Source: Candidatus Brocadia sp. (lineage in GTDB: Bacteria > Planctomycetota > Brocadiia > Brocadiales > Brocadiaceae). From it: a stretch of DNA of 32,000 nt. Under the pieces are notes generated by a model, which worked only from the letters and a program-made list of their open reading frames with translations, ran no database searches and was not told the DNA's origin. Below are positions 6,878-15,456 of this stretch, one piece after another. Position numbers and translations under genes: made by a program. The DNA is taken from contig CP091279.1 of the NCBI GenBank assembly GCA_021650915.1, forward strand, positions 3,390,001 to 3,422,000, read 5' to 3'. Every line of letters starts with the position of its first letter. Within the stretch, counting starts at the first letter, position 1.

Positions 6878-8581
6878 TTAGAAATGCATTTCCCTGATAA
6901 AAACACTTTCGAATTCCGGAATTTGGGAAAGTTCCACCACATGAGCAGTCCTGGCAATATGAACCGCCTGATGCATCAAATTTTTATCCAAGAGCGCCCT
7001 GACAGCGCCCCCCAGGCTGGAATTACCCGCAAAAGAAAGCCTCGCCTGTGTCGCCTCAGGCAAAAGGCCAATGCCGAAGAGGCTCTTTTTGTTTAAGTGA
7101 TAGCCGAAGCCCCCTGCGATGATGATTGTCTTGAGTTCCTCTGCTTTGACGTTGCCCCTGGCAAGTAAAATTTCAACCCCCGCCCTGATGGCGGCCTTTG
7201 CCAGTTGAACCTGCCGTATATCTTCCTGAGACACTGACACCGTATCGGTCAAACGGAAAAAGCGTTTTCTGTCTTGTTCGCAGAGGTTCTTTTTTAAGTG
7301 CAAATTTTCACAACCCCCCTCACTCCCTGTTCTCATGGGGATATGATTGCGACCTTGCTGCATTCTGGTATTTTCATTATCAGGGGACTCCAAGCGTCCC
7401 CTGTTGTTCACAAGACCAGTCCTGACGAGTTCCGACACCAAGTCCAGAAGCCCACTCCCGCAGATTCCTCGTGGCTGGCCGCCACCGATAACGTCCAAAG
7501 ACAGTTCCTCGTTAAAACTGACATGTTCAATCGCGCCTTTACCAGCCCTCATGCCAGAGCTTATGCTCATTCCCTCAAAGCAGGGGCCTGCCGCAGTGGA
7601 CGAAGCGACTATGGTGTCATGCAGGATAAGGGCAATCTCGCCGTTGGTGCCGATGTCGAGGAAAATGGCTGGCGCTTCCAGGGATGGTATGTCAATGGCC
7701 AGAAGCCCGGCAACGATATCGCCTCCCACATAGGCGGAAATGCAGGGGAAGGTCGTCACCGGGGCATTTGCATTCGCGTGAAGAAAGAGTTCCCGTGCCG
7801 TTGTGGCGCCAATATCGAGGGTTTCTGCCTGATAGGGATATTCACCAATTCCTTGTATCTCCTTATTCAGGAAGATATGCTGCATCGTCGTATTGCCGGC
7901 CCCGATGATTTGATAGATATGCTCAGGCCTTACCGGCCTTTCTGAAGATAAAGCCTGTATTAAAAAATTAACGGCAGAGGTAAGTTCCCGGTGCATGCTG
8001 TGAAGTCCGTCCTTTTGCGCGGCAGCGTACTTTATCCGCGACATGACGTCGTGGCCATAATATACGAGCGGATTGAGCGCGGAGGAACTTCCCAGAATTG
8101 CGCCGCTTGTGAGGTCAACCAGCGATGCCACCAGGGTAGTGGTTCCCATATCCAGGGCGATTCCATAGACATGGTCTTTCGTATCGCCATTTTCCTGCAA
8201 AAGCAGGATGCCAGCATCGTATACCCCCGTGAAATAAAGTCCATGCTCGTCATGCAATAACTCTTTCCTGATCGAGGGATCGATAGGATATGTCCTGTTG
8301 CCCTCCGGGTAAAAACCTTCAACGATCTTGGATGATGTCTTCTCGTCTTGCCGGCAGATGACCTCAAGATCGGTTTCTACCCGAGTTTTGCAGGCAAGAA
8401 CCGTCTCGAGAAGTCCTTCTTTCCGTATCTGCACCAGGTCTCTTCCGCACTTCCCCGATCCACCACAGGGCGCCTCGATATCCACGCCAAGGCTCCTTGC
8501 CGCCTCTAAAATGGTAATTCCTTTTGGTATGATCCCTTCGACCCTCCAGGGAGAGAAGGTTATCTTAACGTTTTCGGCCAT
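6878..8581 (-). CDS. Corrinoid reductive activase (RACo/RamA-like, 2Fe-2S ferredoxin domain plus ASKHA ATPase/DUF4445)
   Basis: N-terminal plant-type ferredoxin-like segment APCGGSGKCGRDLV...ACKT. ASKHA phosphate motifs DMGTTTLVASLVD and FLDIGTNGEIAL. It sits in the corrinoid methyltransferase operon. Confidence 0.8.
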   Translation of the reverse strand: MAENVKITFSPWRVEGIIPKGITILEAARSLGVDIEAPCGGSGKCGRDLVQIRKEGLLETVLACKTRVETDLEVICRQDEKTSSKIVEGFYPEGNRTYPIDPSIRKELLHDEHGLYFTGVYDAGILLLQENGDTKDHVYGIALDMGTTTLVASLVDLTSGAILGSSSALNPLVYYGHDVMSRIKYAAAQKDGLHSMHRELTSAVNFLIQALSSERPVRPEHIYQIIGAGNTTMQHIFLNKEIQGIGEYPYQAETLDIGATTARELFLHANANAPVTTFPCISAYVGGDIVAGLLAIDIPSLEAPAIFLDIGTNGEIALILHDTIVASSTAAGPCFEGMSISSGMRAGKGAIEHVSFNEELSLDVIGGGQPRGICGSGLLDLVSELVRTGLVNNRGRLESPDNENTRMQQGRNHIPMRTGSEGGCENLHLKKNLCEQDRKRFFRLTDTVSVSQEDIRQVQLAKAAIRAGVEILLARGNVKAEELKTIIIAGGFGYHLNKKSLFGIGLLPEATQARLSFAGNSSLGGAVRALLDKNLMHQAVHIARTAHVVELSQIPEFESVFIREMHF

Positions 8582-8754
8582 AAGTTTATGGTGGGTAAAT
8601 TTTCATTTTGGCTGTGCAGTTTTTGATAGTGGCAACTTACAAATAGACATTTTTGTGATAGATGTCCACCCCCTTCACCCCCACCAGCGGGGGACAGTCG
8701 GTTATCCTCGGATTAAGGGGGAGTCACACTTATTTCAAATTCCTTAGCATTAAA

Positions 8755-9792
8755 TTATGCCTGTGGCTTACCTGACGTTATTTTCGCTATGTCCGTCATG
8801 GCCCTGATATGCCTGACCGGCGTTTTGGCGCTGAGACCACAGGCAGGCGCAAGGATGTCGACGCCAAAATCCAACAGATTCCTGGAGACCGCTTGTATCT
8901 TGTCAACTGGCCCGTTTTGCAAGAGTATGGTGCTTACGTTACCCATCAGTTTTTTCCCCGGAATTGCATTCCGCATCTCTTTTATGCTTACCACAGAATC
9001 GACACTGATTCCTTCCGCATCAAGCCTTTTGAGCGATTCGTAAACAGGAGTTATCTTTCCGCAGATATGCACCATGACCGGTTTCCTAAGCGTATGGATG
9101 CGATGTATCATCTGATTGAGATAGGGAAGCGCAAACTCACGGAACAGCTCCGGACCGAGTATCTCGCCCGTTGCAGAAGGATCGGATATAACCATAAGGT
9201 CGGCTCCGTTTTTGATAAGCGCCTCGCCATACCTGATACCGTTGTCTGTCAGAAAGGCGAGCATACGGTGCACCTCTTCCGGCTCACGTCTGAGCGCCTT
9301 GAAGAGTGTCATCGCATCTATCAGAGAAGTGGCAAGGCTTAACGGCCCCACCAGGTTTCCGATTACGGGGATATCAGGATATCCCTGGCTTAACAGGAAG
9401 GTGCACGCAAGAATGACGGGAAGACGGCCATCTTTAAAGGGATGCAGTTCCTTTAAATTCCTCCACTCTTCAACGGATTTTAGCGGATACTGTACCATAT
9501 GAGGCTCGGTAACTTCGTTTCCGTCCTCCACTTCCCCACCCATGGCTTCCGCCTCAACGGTCATACAGAAGGGGATGCCCAGGTTTTCAATCCCCGCTTT
9601 ATCGTGCATGGCAACCGACAGCGCCGCCATCTTTTCTGCATCCCTGTGTACTGATGGCCAGCGGCAATTTGTCAGATCCATCACTTCTTTGCTCGCCATC
9701 GTCATCATGCCACCCGGAGCGATAACCGGAGATCTGTCAACCGGTGCGCCATGAAGGATTTTTAGCAATCGTTCTTTCTCTGTCATAACCAT
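8755..9792 (-). CDS. Uroporphyrinogen-decarboxylase-family (MtaA/CmuA-like) Zn methyltransferase, paralog B
   Basis: UROD-family sequence with the Zn-ligand pattern VHICGK ... APACG (H-x-C ... C). The longest ORF starts at 9822. The ATG at 9792 (MVMTEKERLL) is preferred because GGAG lies 6 nt upstream. Confidence 0.8.
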   Translation of the reverse strand: MVMTEKERLLKILHGAPVDRSPVIAPGGMMTMASKEVMDLTNCRWPSVHRDAEKMAALSVAMHDKAGIENLGIPFCMTVEAEAMGGEVEDGNEVTEPHMVQYPLKSVEEWRNLKELHPFKDGRLPVILACTFLLSQGYPDIPVIGNLVGPLSLATSLIDAMTLFKALRREPEEVHRMLAFLTDNGIRYGEALIKNGADLMVISDPSATGEILGPELFREFALPYLNQMIHRIHTLRKPVMVHICGKITPVYESLKRLDAEGISVDSVVSIKEMRNAIPGKKLMGNVSTILLQNGPVDKIQAVSRNLLDFGVDILAPACGLSAKTPVRHIRAMTDIAKITSGKPQA

Positions 9793-9939
9793 GCGTTTCT
9801 CCGTGAAAATCTGCATCCTCATGCGATGTAAGAAATTTTAAACCTGCAGGTGTAAAGCGACGAGGCTCGTCGCTCTACATGGGAAGCGTTGCCGAAGTCC
9901 TAATGAGAACCAGCCAGAAGCCGCGCAAACTTCCTCAGA

Positions 9940-10057
9940 TGGTTCAATCGTCCCCGATTGAACCGAACCATTCGGCATGATTCCTTATCGCAGCACAAGT
10001 TCAAGCCTTAGGGTGCAATTCAAACGCTCTGATTCAATCTGCAAGATTGAACCAGCC
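9940..10057 (+). repeat. 118-nt double-hairpin element, copy A
   Basis: Starts with ggttcaatcg-tccc-cgattgaacc and ends with gattcaatct-gca-agattgaacc. A second copy is at 26907-27023. The ends are inverted repeats of each other. Confidence 0.75.
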
Positions 10058-10170
10058 TTGTGGCAAATAAGGGCTAGTGTACAGACATATTAATAACGAA
10101 ACATATAAATGCCGTTTTACAGCACTATATAACTATAATTGTCCACAATATATCGGATGTTCACCCCAAG

Positions 10171-10199
10171 ATAAAAAACAAAAAGGCTGCGAAAGCCTT
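10171..10199 (-). terminator. Intrinsic terminator of the transposase gene
   Basis: On the minus strand, aaggct-ttcgc-agcctt is followed by tttgtttttta, directly after the transposase stop codon. Confidence 0.7.
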
Positions 10200-10203
10200 A
10201 ATT

Positions 10204-11865
10204 TTACTGGCTTATTTGTTGCCTGGTAAGTTTTTTTCTTGTGACTACCCGTAGGTTCCGGCTTGGCAATGCCTCCGGCAGCTTTACCTGCAATGCCTCT
10301 AACAATTCACGTGATTGTTGCCGTGGATGTGGTATCTTCTGGCAATGCGCCTTTTGGCCTTTCACCTTCACTTCCACGGAACAAATGGTAGTCAATTGTT
10401 TGAGTCCTTCCTCTACCGTCAGATCAAAACTCTTCCACGCATCACGTAACCTTCGGATTATCAGGTACGCAAGCATTACCACAAACACATGCCCTTTTGT
10501 ACTCTCTTCTTTCCTCACGTATATAGAACGAACCTCAAGATTCACCGTCTTGCACCCCCGAAACACCTTCTCCACCTCTGACAAGTCCTTGTACCGGTCG
10601 TGCACCAGATCGGTATCCGCCTCGCCCTCCTTCAGATCGGTCTTGATTACATAACATCCGTCCAGACACAATTCCTCTTTTAATGCCTCCTCGTCGCTCT
10701 CTATCTTCAGCGTTCCGGCCTCGTCCTTTATCCGAACCCATCCCTCCAGCTTCAGTTTCTTGAGCTTCTCCTTCGCTGCCTCCAGCGCCTTCGATATCGA
10801 TGCCTTCGGATGCTCTTTGAGATAGCTGTTCTTCTTATCGATATAGTCCCCCATATGCTGTAGTTTTGACATGCGCGTCTTCGCCATCTCTTCTGCCCTT
10901 ATCGGATTGCGTCTCAGAATATACCGAACCCCCTCACTCTTTATCTCGCAGAGCTTTTCTTCAAACAACCCTAACTGCAGAATCCCTTGTTTTATCAACG
11001 ACTCGATCTGCGGCTTGGTTATCGCCGTTATGTAATGAAATCCTTCCGGCAAACATTCGATTTGCATCGTCTTGATCATCCCCCGATCACCTACCATGGT
11101 CACCCCGGTGCACCCAAACCGTTCTGCCGTCTTCTTTACCTGAGACTCAAAGGTCTTTGGGTCCTGGGTATTGCCCCGAAATACCTCCGTGGACACCGGC
11201 TCCCCAAATTCATCACACAGCATACCAATCACGATCTGCTTCTTCCCCTTCTTGCCGTCACGATTATACCCGTACTCACCAAAACGATTCTGCTCCCCCT
11301 CCAGATAACTGCTCGTCACGTCATACAGAAACAGCTTCGGCTTCTTGCCTGCCCGTCTTGCATCAAACAACGTTCGCTCTATCTTTGCCTGATGCTCCGA
11401 TAACCACGATAAATTATCGTAGAGATCATTCTCGTCGAACCCCCGCTTCATACCCAGCACATCACCCGCCGCATGCACCTGCGCCAGCCTTACCGCCGAG
11501 AGTCTTGACCCCTGATTTATCACCCGCGACATTACCTGCCACAGCGCCAGTCTCCCCTGAAAATCCTTCCCCAACGCCTCCTCTATCCCTAATTCCTTTG
11601 CCACCTGGTACACACTCCAGATCGCCCCCACGGACATCCCCTCCTGGAGTTCCACCGATCCTGACAATGCCCCCAATGCAGTGAGATCCTCTTTATGGCT
11701 GAGGGCAAGCTTTATCGCTTCTATCTCCCGCGATGTGCAGTTCGACAGATTTGCAATGGTACGCTTCCTGACCTTTCCGCCTTCCCGATACGATTCCCGC
11801 AAAAGGATGGAGCGATAGATTTTTTTACCGGATTTTGATTTATTTTCCACAATATGCATGTCCAC
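10204..11865 (-). CDS. IS1634-family DDE transposase
   Basis: 553 aa. The N-terminus KSKSGKKIYRSILLRESYREGGKVRKRTIANL is typical of IS1634-type transposases. DDE-region blocks LFLYDVTSSYLEG and MVGDRGM are present. Confidence 0.85.
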   Translation of the reverse strand: MDMHIVENKSKSGKKIYRSILLRESYREGGKVRKRTIANLSNCTSREIEAIKLALSHKEDLTALGALSGSVELQEGMSVGAIWSVYQVAKELGIEEALGKDFQGRLALWQVMSRVINQGSRLSAVRLAQVHAAGDVLGMKRGFDENDLYDNLSWLSEHQAKIERTLFDARRAGKKPKLFLYDVTSSYLEGEQNRFGEYGYNRDGKKGKKQIVIGMLCDEFGEPVSTEVFRGNTQDPKTFESQVKKTAERFGCTGVTMVGDRGMIKTMQIECLPEGFHYITAITKPQIESLIKQGILQLGLFEEKLCEIKSEGVRYILRRNPIRAEEMAKTRMSKLQHMGDYIDKKNSYLKEHPKASISKALEAAKEKLKKLKLEGWVRIKDEAGTLKIESDEEALKEELCLDGCYVIKTDLKEGEADTDLVHDRYKDLSEVEKVFRGCKTVNLEVRSIYVRKEESTKGHVFVVMLAYLIIRRLRDAWKSFDLTVEEGLKQLTTICSVEVKVKGQKAHCQKIPHPRQQSRELLEALQVKLPEALPSRNLRVVTRKKLTRQQISQ

Positions 11866-12036
11866 TATAATATACTATAGTATTCAACATTTCAAGCACA
11901 TTATTGAATAATAACAATATATTAGTGACTACATAATTGCCGACAAAATCACACTAACTACCAATATATTAAATACTTACGTGGTTTGCTTGGGGTGAAC
12001 ATCCGATATATAATTCGTAATTAATATGTCTGTATA

Positions 12037-13089
12037 CTAGTTCAAATTAACCGGAAGCCGTGCAACCCTTCTCCCAGCCTCAAGAAAGGCGATCAGATTC
12101 TCGTGCGGCGTCTTAATGGGCACCTCACATCCCGTCGCCAGGACAAATCCTTTGGGGCTATCAGCAGCCTTTGTTATACAATCCTTCACCATCGTGGCAA
12201 TGATCTCCGGATTTCCCTTGAACATGCCATCCGCAGGGCTGACATTTCCCATGAGACAAACCTTGTCCCCTACCAGCGCTTTTGCCTCTTGCAGATCAAT
12301 AGCGTCAATGCTGAGGATATCCGCCCCGCTCTCAGCCATGCATGCTATTACCCTTTTTGTCTTTCCGCAGATATGGAGCACACCAGGAAGGCCATACGAA
12401 TGGATATGCGCATACACTTCTTTCAAATAGGGCAGCACAAACGTCCGAAAGTGACTTTCGCTTATCATGGAGCCTGTGGCAATCGGCTCAACCGTCACCG
12501 GTACGCCGCCTGCCTTTACGCAGGCATCGATGATGTTTTTTACCGATTGGGTAGCAACCTTCATTACGGCATGAACCAACTCAGGGTCGGTATAGAGTTC
12601 TTTGATAAAGGTCTCCGTTCCCCGCAAGGCAGCAGACGTCGTAAATGGGGCTCCGATGACGGGAACAATAAAGACTTCATCTCCAATTGCGTCCACGCAT
12701 CTTTTTACGGCTTCCAGATACACGGGAATGCGGCCGTCCTTCTCCGGATCTGCCGGTGTAAGCTTCCTGATGTCTTCTCGTGTCTGCAGGAATGGGGTCT
12801 CTACCTGCGGGGCGTCATCCTCAGGGAAATACATCCTGGTGCCCATGGCCTCTGCCACAGTAGAAGTGGTAGAAAAGATATAGACGATATCGTGACGATA
12901 TTTTTTAAAGCAGGCGATGTTGGCGTCTCCCATATTTTTGCCGTTGGTGCAAAAACTTCGCACCGGGAGATTTAAACTTCGGGATGCAAAATTCAGGATC
13001 AGGGGGCTTACGAGGAGCCGGTCGGCAGCCTTCCCCTGGAGCATTGCCGCCATCCTCTCTTTAGGCGTCATTTCATCAGCAGAGCTCAT
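12037..13089 (-). CDS. Uroporphyrinogen-decarboxylase-family (MtaA/CmuA-like) Zn methyltransferase, paralog A
   Basis: UROD-family sequence with LHICGK ... ATGCE (H-x-C ... C). GGAGG RBS. The start overlaps the corrinoid-protein stop (ATGA). The stop codon is the CTAG that abuts the IS end. Confidence 0.8.
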   Translation of the reverse strand: MSSADEMTPKERMAAMLQGKAADRLLVSPLILNFASRSLNLPVRSFCTNGKNMGDANIACFKKYRHDIVYIFSTTSTVAEAMGTRMYFPEDDAPQVETPFLQTREDIRKLTPADPEKDGRIPVYLEAVKRCVDAIGDEVFIVPVIGAPFTTSAALRGTETFIKELYTDPELVHAVMKVATQSVKNIIDACVKAGGVPVTVEPIATGSMISESHFRTFVLPYLKEVYAHIHSYGLPGVLHICGKTKRVIACMAESGADILSIDAIDLQEAKALVGDKVCLMGNVSPADGMFKGNPEIIATMVKDCITKAADSPKGFVLATGCEVPIKTPHENLIAFLEAGRRVARLPVNLN

Positions 13090-13799
13090 TGCACACCTCC
13101 CAACTTTTTCCTTATACTCACGAGTTCCGGGGTTTTCATTGCCAAAGGTATCTGAATACCCTGAAACATACTCTTCGCAACCTTCACTGCCTCAGCGGCA
13201 TTCCTTGCATATCCATCAGCGCCGATATTCCTTGCAAAACCAGGGGATATGGGGCCACCGCCCACCATGACCCTGGCGGGTATCCCTGCTTTTTTCATGT
13301 CTTCAATGACCACCTGCATGCCGTCCATCGTTGTGGTCATGAGGGTAGAAAGGCAGACGAGATCGGCGTTTAACTCTCCGGCAGTATCGATGAATTTTGC
13401 ATACGGAACGTTTCTCCCCAGATCGTGCATTTCGAATCCGGCATTATCCAGCATGATTTTTACGAGATTTTTCCCGATATCATGGGTGTCGCCCTTGACG
13501 ACGCCAATAACCACCTTTTTCTTATTTGACGCCGCCTCTTTGGGAAAATGAGGTTTGAGCACTTCAATGCCTGCATACATGGCATCTGCGCAGAGGAGTA
13601 TTTCCGGAACAAAATATTCCTCGTTCTCGAAGAGTTCACTGACGACATCCATTCCCCGTGCAAGGCCGTCGGTTATTGCCTCATAGGGATCAATATGAGA
13701 GATTATCGCTTCTGCGGCTGCTTTGCTGGCACGGGTTACGTCCATATCAATGACGGCCTGGGCCAAATTACCTAGAATATCTGATTTTTCCTTGTGCAT
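13086..13799 (-). CDS. Cobalamin-binding corrinoid protein (MtaC/MtbC-like)
   Basis: B12-binding signature GDTHDIGKNLV (DxHxxG), then CLSTLMTTT (SxL) and MVGGGPI (GG). An N-terminal helical cap domain is present. The ATG at 13799 sits 5 nt after AGGAGG. The track ORF begins two codons earlier, at a GTG. Confidence 0.9.
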   Translation of the reverse strand: MHKEKSDILGNLAQAVIDMDVTRASKAAAEAIISHIDPYEAITDGLARGMDVVSELFENEEYFVPEILLCADAMYAGIEVLKPHFPKEAASNKKKVVIGVVKGDTHDIGKNLVKIMLDNAGFEMHDLGRNVPYAKFIDTAGELNADLVCLSTLMTTTMDGMQVVIEDMKKAGIPARVMVGGGPISPGFARNIGADGYARNAAEAVKVAKSMFQGIQIPLAMKTPELVSIRKKLGGVQ

Positions 13800-13879
13800 A
13801 GACACCTCCTGATGTTACCGGAAAAAATTTCAAAAAATTCCAATGAACTCCTGGAAGAAGGACGGTGTCGTTTCGTTGC

Positions 13880-14040
13880 AGAATAACTCCTGGGATGGAT
13901 GAAGGCAGGGTGGTCTTACCGGGTAACAGATGCGCCGCAGGTCAAAAGACCGTTGTGCAACCCGGAGAACCGAACAGGATAGATGACAGAGAGTCCGTAC
14001 CTTATCCCCTGAATCTGGAAATGGCGCCGCCACTTCAGTA
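13880..14040 (-). promoter_or_regulatory. Candidate cobalamin riboswitch in the leader of the corrinoid operon
   Basis: On the minus strand the leader is more than 230 nt long. It contains cccggtaagaccaccctgcc (13904-13923), which resembles the B12 box as in CCCGAAGACCTGCC of E. coli btuB. A stem ccgggt...acccgg encloses ttgcacaacgg...gcggcgcatctgtta, loosely like the GGTGnnAAnCC / CCGCnACTGT core. The match is partial and judged by eye only. Confidence 0.35.
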
Positions 14041-14251
14041 GGTATGTTCATCCATACTTAAGGAACATAGCTCTTTTCCAGTTCATGGCTGGACTCCTAA
14101 AAAGATGATAAAAATTACGGGAATAAACTTATGGCGTCAATTCAACACGAACAAACAGAGCTTGTCCGTGCCACCTCTGAAAAAACTCACCTTTTATGAG
14201 CATCCTGAGTATCGCTATCAGAGGAAACCTTCTCTTAACGGCAAACGCTGT

Positions 14252-15448
14252 TTATCGAAAGACACCAGAGACAAGGTGTTCGATTAAACGGTGTCCCTCC
14301 TTGATATGGAGGCCCGAGGCCTGGGCATTGGTTTCACTGTAGGGAAGCCCTATTCCTTTTTCTATGCCGGTTCCATATGCCACAAAAGGGACTGATTCCG
14401 GGGTATGCGTTTGTTTAACTATCGGCGTATAATGATCCGGAAGCACCAGGATGCGCAGTTCATGAAATCGATTCCTTGCCTCAAGAAGCGGCCCGATGAT
14501 CTTGCTGTCTATCTGTTCAATAGCCAATACCTTTTCATGCACGTTGCCTTCGTGTCCGGCCTCGTCGGGGGCCTCGACGTGCACTAAAACGATATCGTGG
14601 GTCTCCAGTGCCTTGACGGCATATTCCCCCTTATTGGCATAATTTGTGTCAAGATAACCGGTCGCGCCCGGCACCTGGATGATGTCCCACCCCAGATAAC
14701 AGGCAATACCCTTGATCAGGTCTACGGCAGTAATGACGGCGCCCGTGAGATGGAATCGTTCCTTGAACGTGGGCATTTTGGGCCGGTGCCCCTGTCCCCA
14801 TAGCCAGATCATGTTTGCCGGATTTTCTTCCAGGTCAATACGGACATTATTGATATCGTGATTCGACAGATACACCCGTGAGCGTTCCATGAGATCGATA
14901 AGAATTTCACTCCCATTCCCTTTCGGAAGATGTTTTTGAATGGACTGTCCCATAATGTCATGGGGAGGGAAACACCGGGCATCCATTTTTTGAGTGCCTT
15001 TATACACCATGACGTGGCGATAGCTCTTGCCGGTATAAAACTGGATAATATCATTGCCCAGTTTTTCGTTCAGGAGTTTAATAAAGATGGCTGCTTCATC
15101 CGTTTTTATATGTCCTGCACAAAAGTCCTCCAGGGTGTCTTCCGTGGCTGTAATGAAGTTGCACCGGAATGCCCAATCGCTTTCGTTCAGGTGAATGCCA
15201 ATGCTGGCAGCCTCAAGGGGTGCACGCCCCGAATAGTATTCCCTGGGGCTATAACCCAGCAAGGTGAGATTGGCGACGTCACTGCCGGCGGGAAACCCGC
15301 CCGGAATCGTCCTGACAAGGCCAAGCTGGCCGTTTTGTGCGAGAAAATCGAGAAAAGGGGTGCGCGCTGCCTCCACGGGGGTCCTGCCGCCGAGTTTGTC
15401 TATGGGGTAATCAGCCATTCCGTCGGGGACAATAATACCGTATTTCAA
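14252..15448 (-). CDS. apgM: Archaeal-type cofactor-independent phosphoglycerate mutase family protein (ApgM-like); possibly a non-orthologous homoserine kinase
   Basis: MKYGIIVPDGMADYP...GSDVANLTLLGYSP is typical of the ApgM/metalloenzyme family. A TTG start lies 4 nt after a GGAGG that overlaps the hom stop codon, so the gene is co-translated with hom. Confidence 0.8.
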   Translation of the reverse strand: MKYGIIVPDGMADYPIDKLGGRTPVEAARTPFLDFLAQNGQLGLVRTIPGGFPAGSDVANLTLLGYSPREYYSGRAPLEAASIGIHLNESDWAFRCNFITATEDTLEDFCAGHIKTDEAAIFIKLLNEKLGNDIIQFYTGKSYRHVMVYKGTQKMDARCFPPHDIMGQSIQKHLPKGNGSEILIDLMERSRVYLSNHDINNVRIDLEENPANMIWLWGQGHRPKMPTFKERFHLTGAVITAVDLIKGIACYLGWDIIQVPGATGYLDTNYANKGEYAVKALETHDIVLVHVEAPDEAGHEGNVHEKVLAIEQIDSKIIGPLLEARNRFHELRILVLPDHYTPIVKQTHTPESVPFVAYGTGIEKGIGLPYSETNAQASGLHIKEGHRLIEHLVSGVFR

Positions 15449-15456
15449 GAGCCCTC

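Larger units (their letters stand above)
10078..12036 (-). mobile_element. IS1634-family (IS4-related) insertion sequence, ~1.96 kb
   Basis: Terminal inverted repeats tgtacagacatattaataacgaa (10078-) and the reverse complement of ttcgtaattaatatgtctgtata (-12036). CTAG occurs on both flanks (10074-10077 and 12037-12040). A second, subterminal inverted pair atatatcggatgttcaccccaag lies at 10148-10170 and 11989-12011. It contains one transposase ORF and its terminator. Confidence 0.85.

Noticed and set aside
6691-6957. 88-aa minus-strand ORF overlapping the activase 3' end
   Set aside because: It overlaps the end of a well-supported gene. Its GGFAPLNPPY string is the translation of the ggtgggtt/aacccacc hairpin repeat.
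9940-9965. tRNA-like T-arm (ggttcaatcg...cgattgaacc)
   Set aside because: It is a simple 10-bp perfect hairpin with a 4-nt loop. No acceptor, D or anticodon arms can be drawn around it. The same arms recur as the termini of a repeat element.
12103-12975. 290-aa ORF antisense to methyltransferase A. Similar long antisense ORFs occur at 5467-6114, 7298-7945, 11157-11684, 16265-16936 and 29713-30342.
   Set aside because: Each is fully embedded antisense to a gene with clear family motifs. Their compositions are low-complexity (Arg/Ser/Pro-rich) and they show no recognisable domains. These are shadow ORFs.
13830-14051. 73-aa ORF upstream of the corrinoid protein gene
   Set aside because: It has no RBS, is Cys/Pro/Arg-rich, and coincides with the structured leader proposed as a riboswitch candidate.
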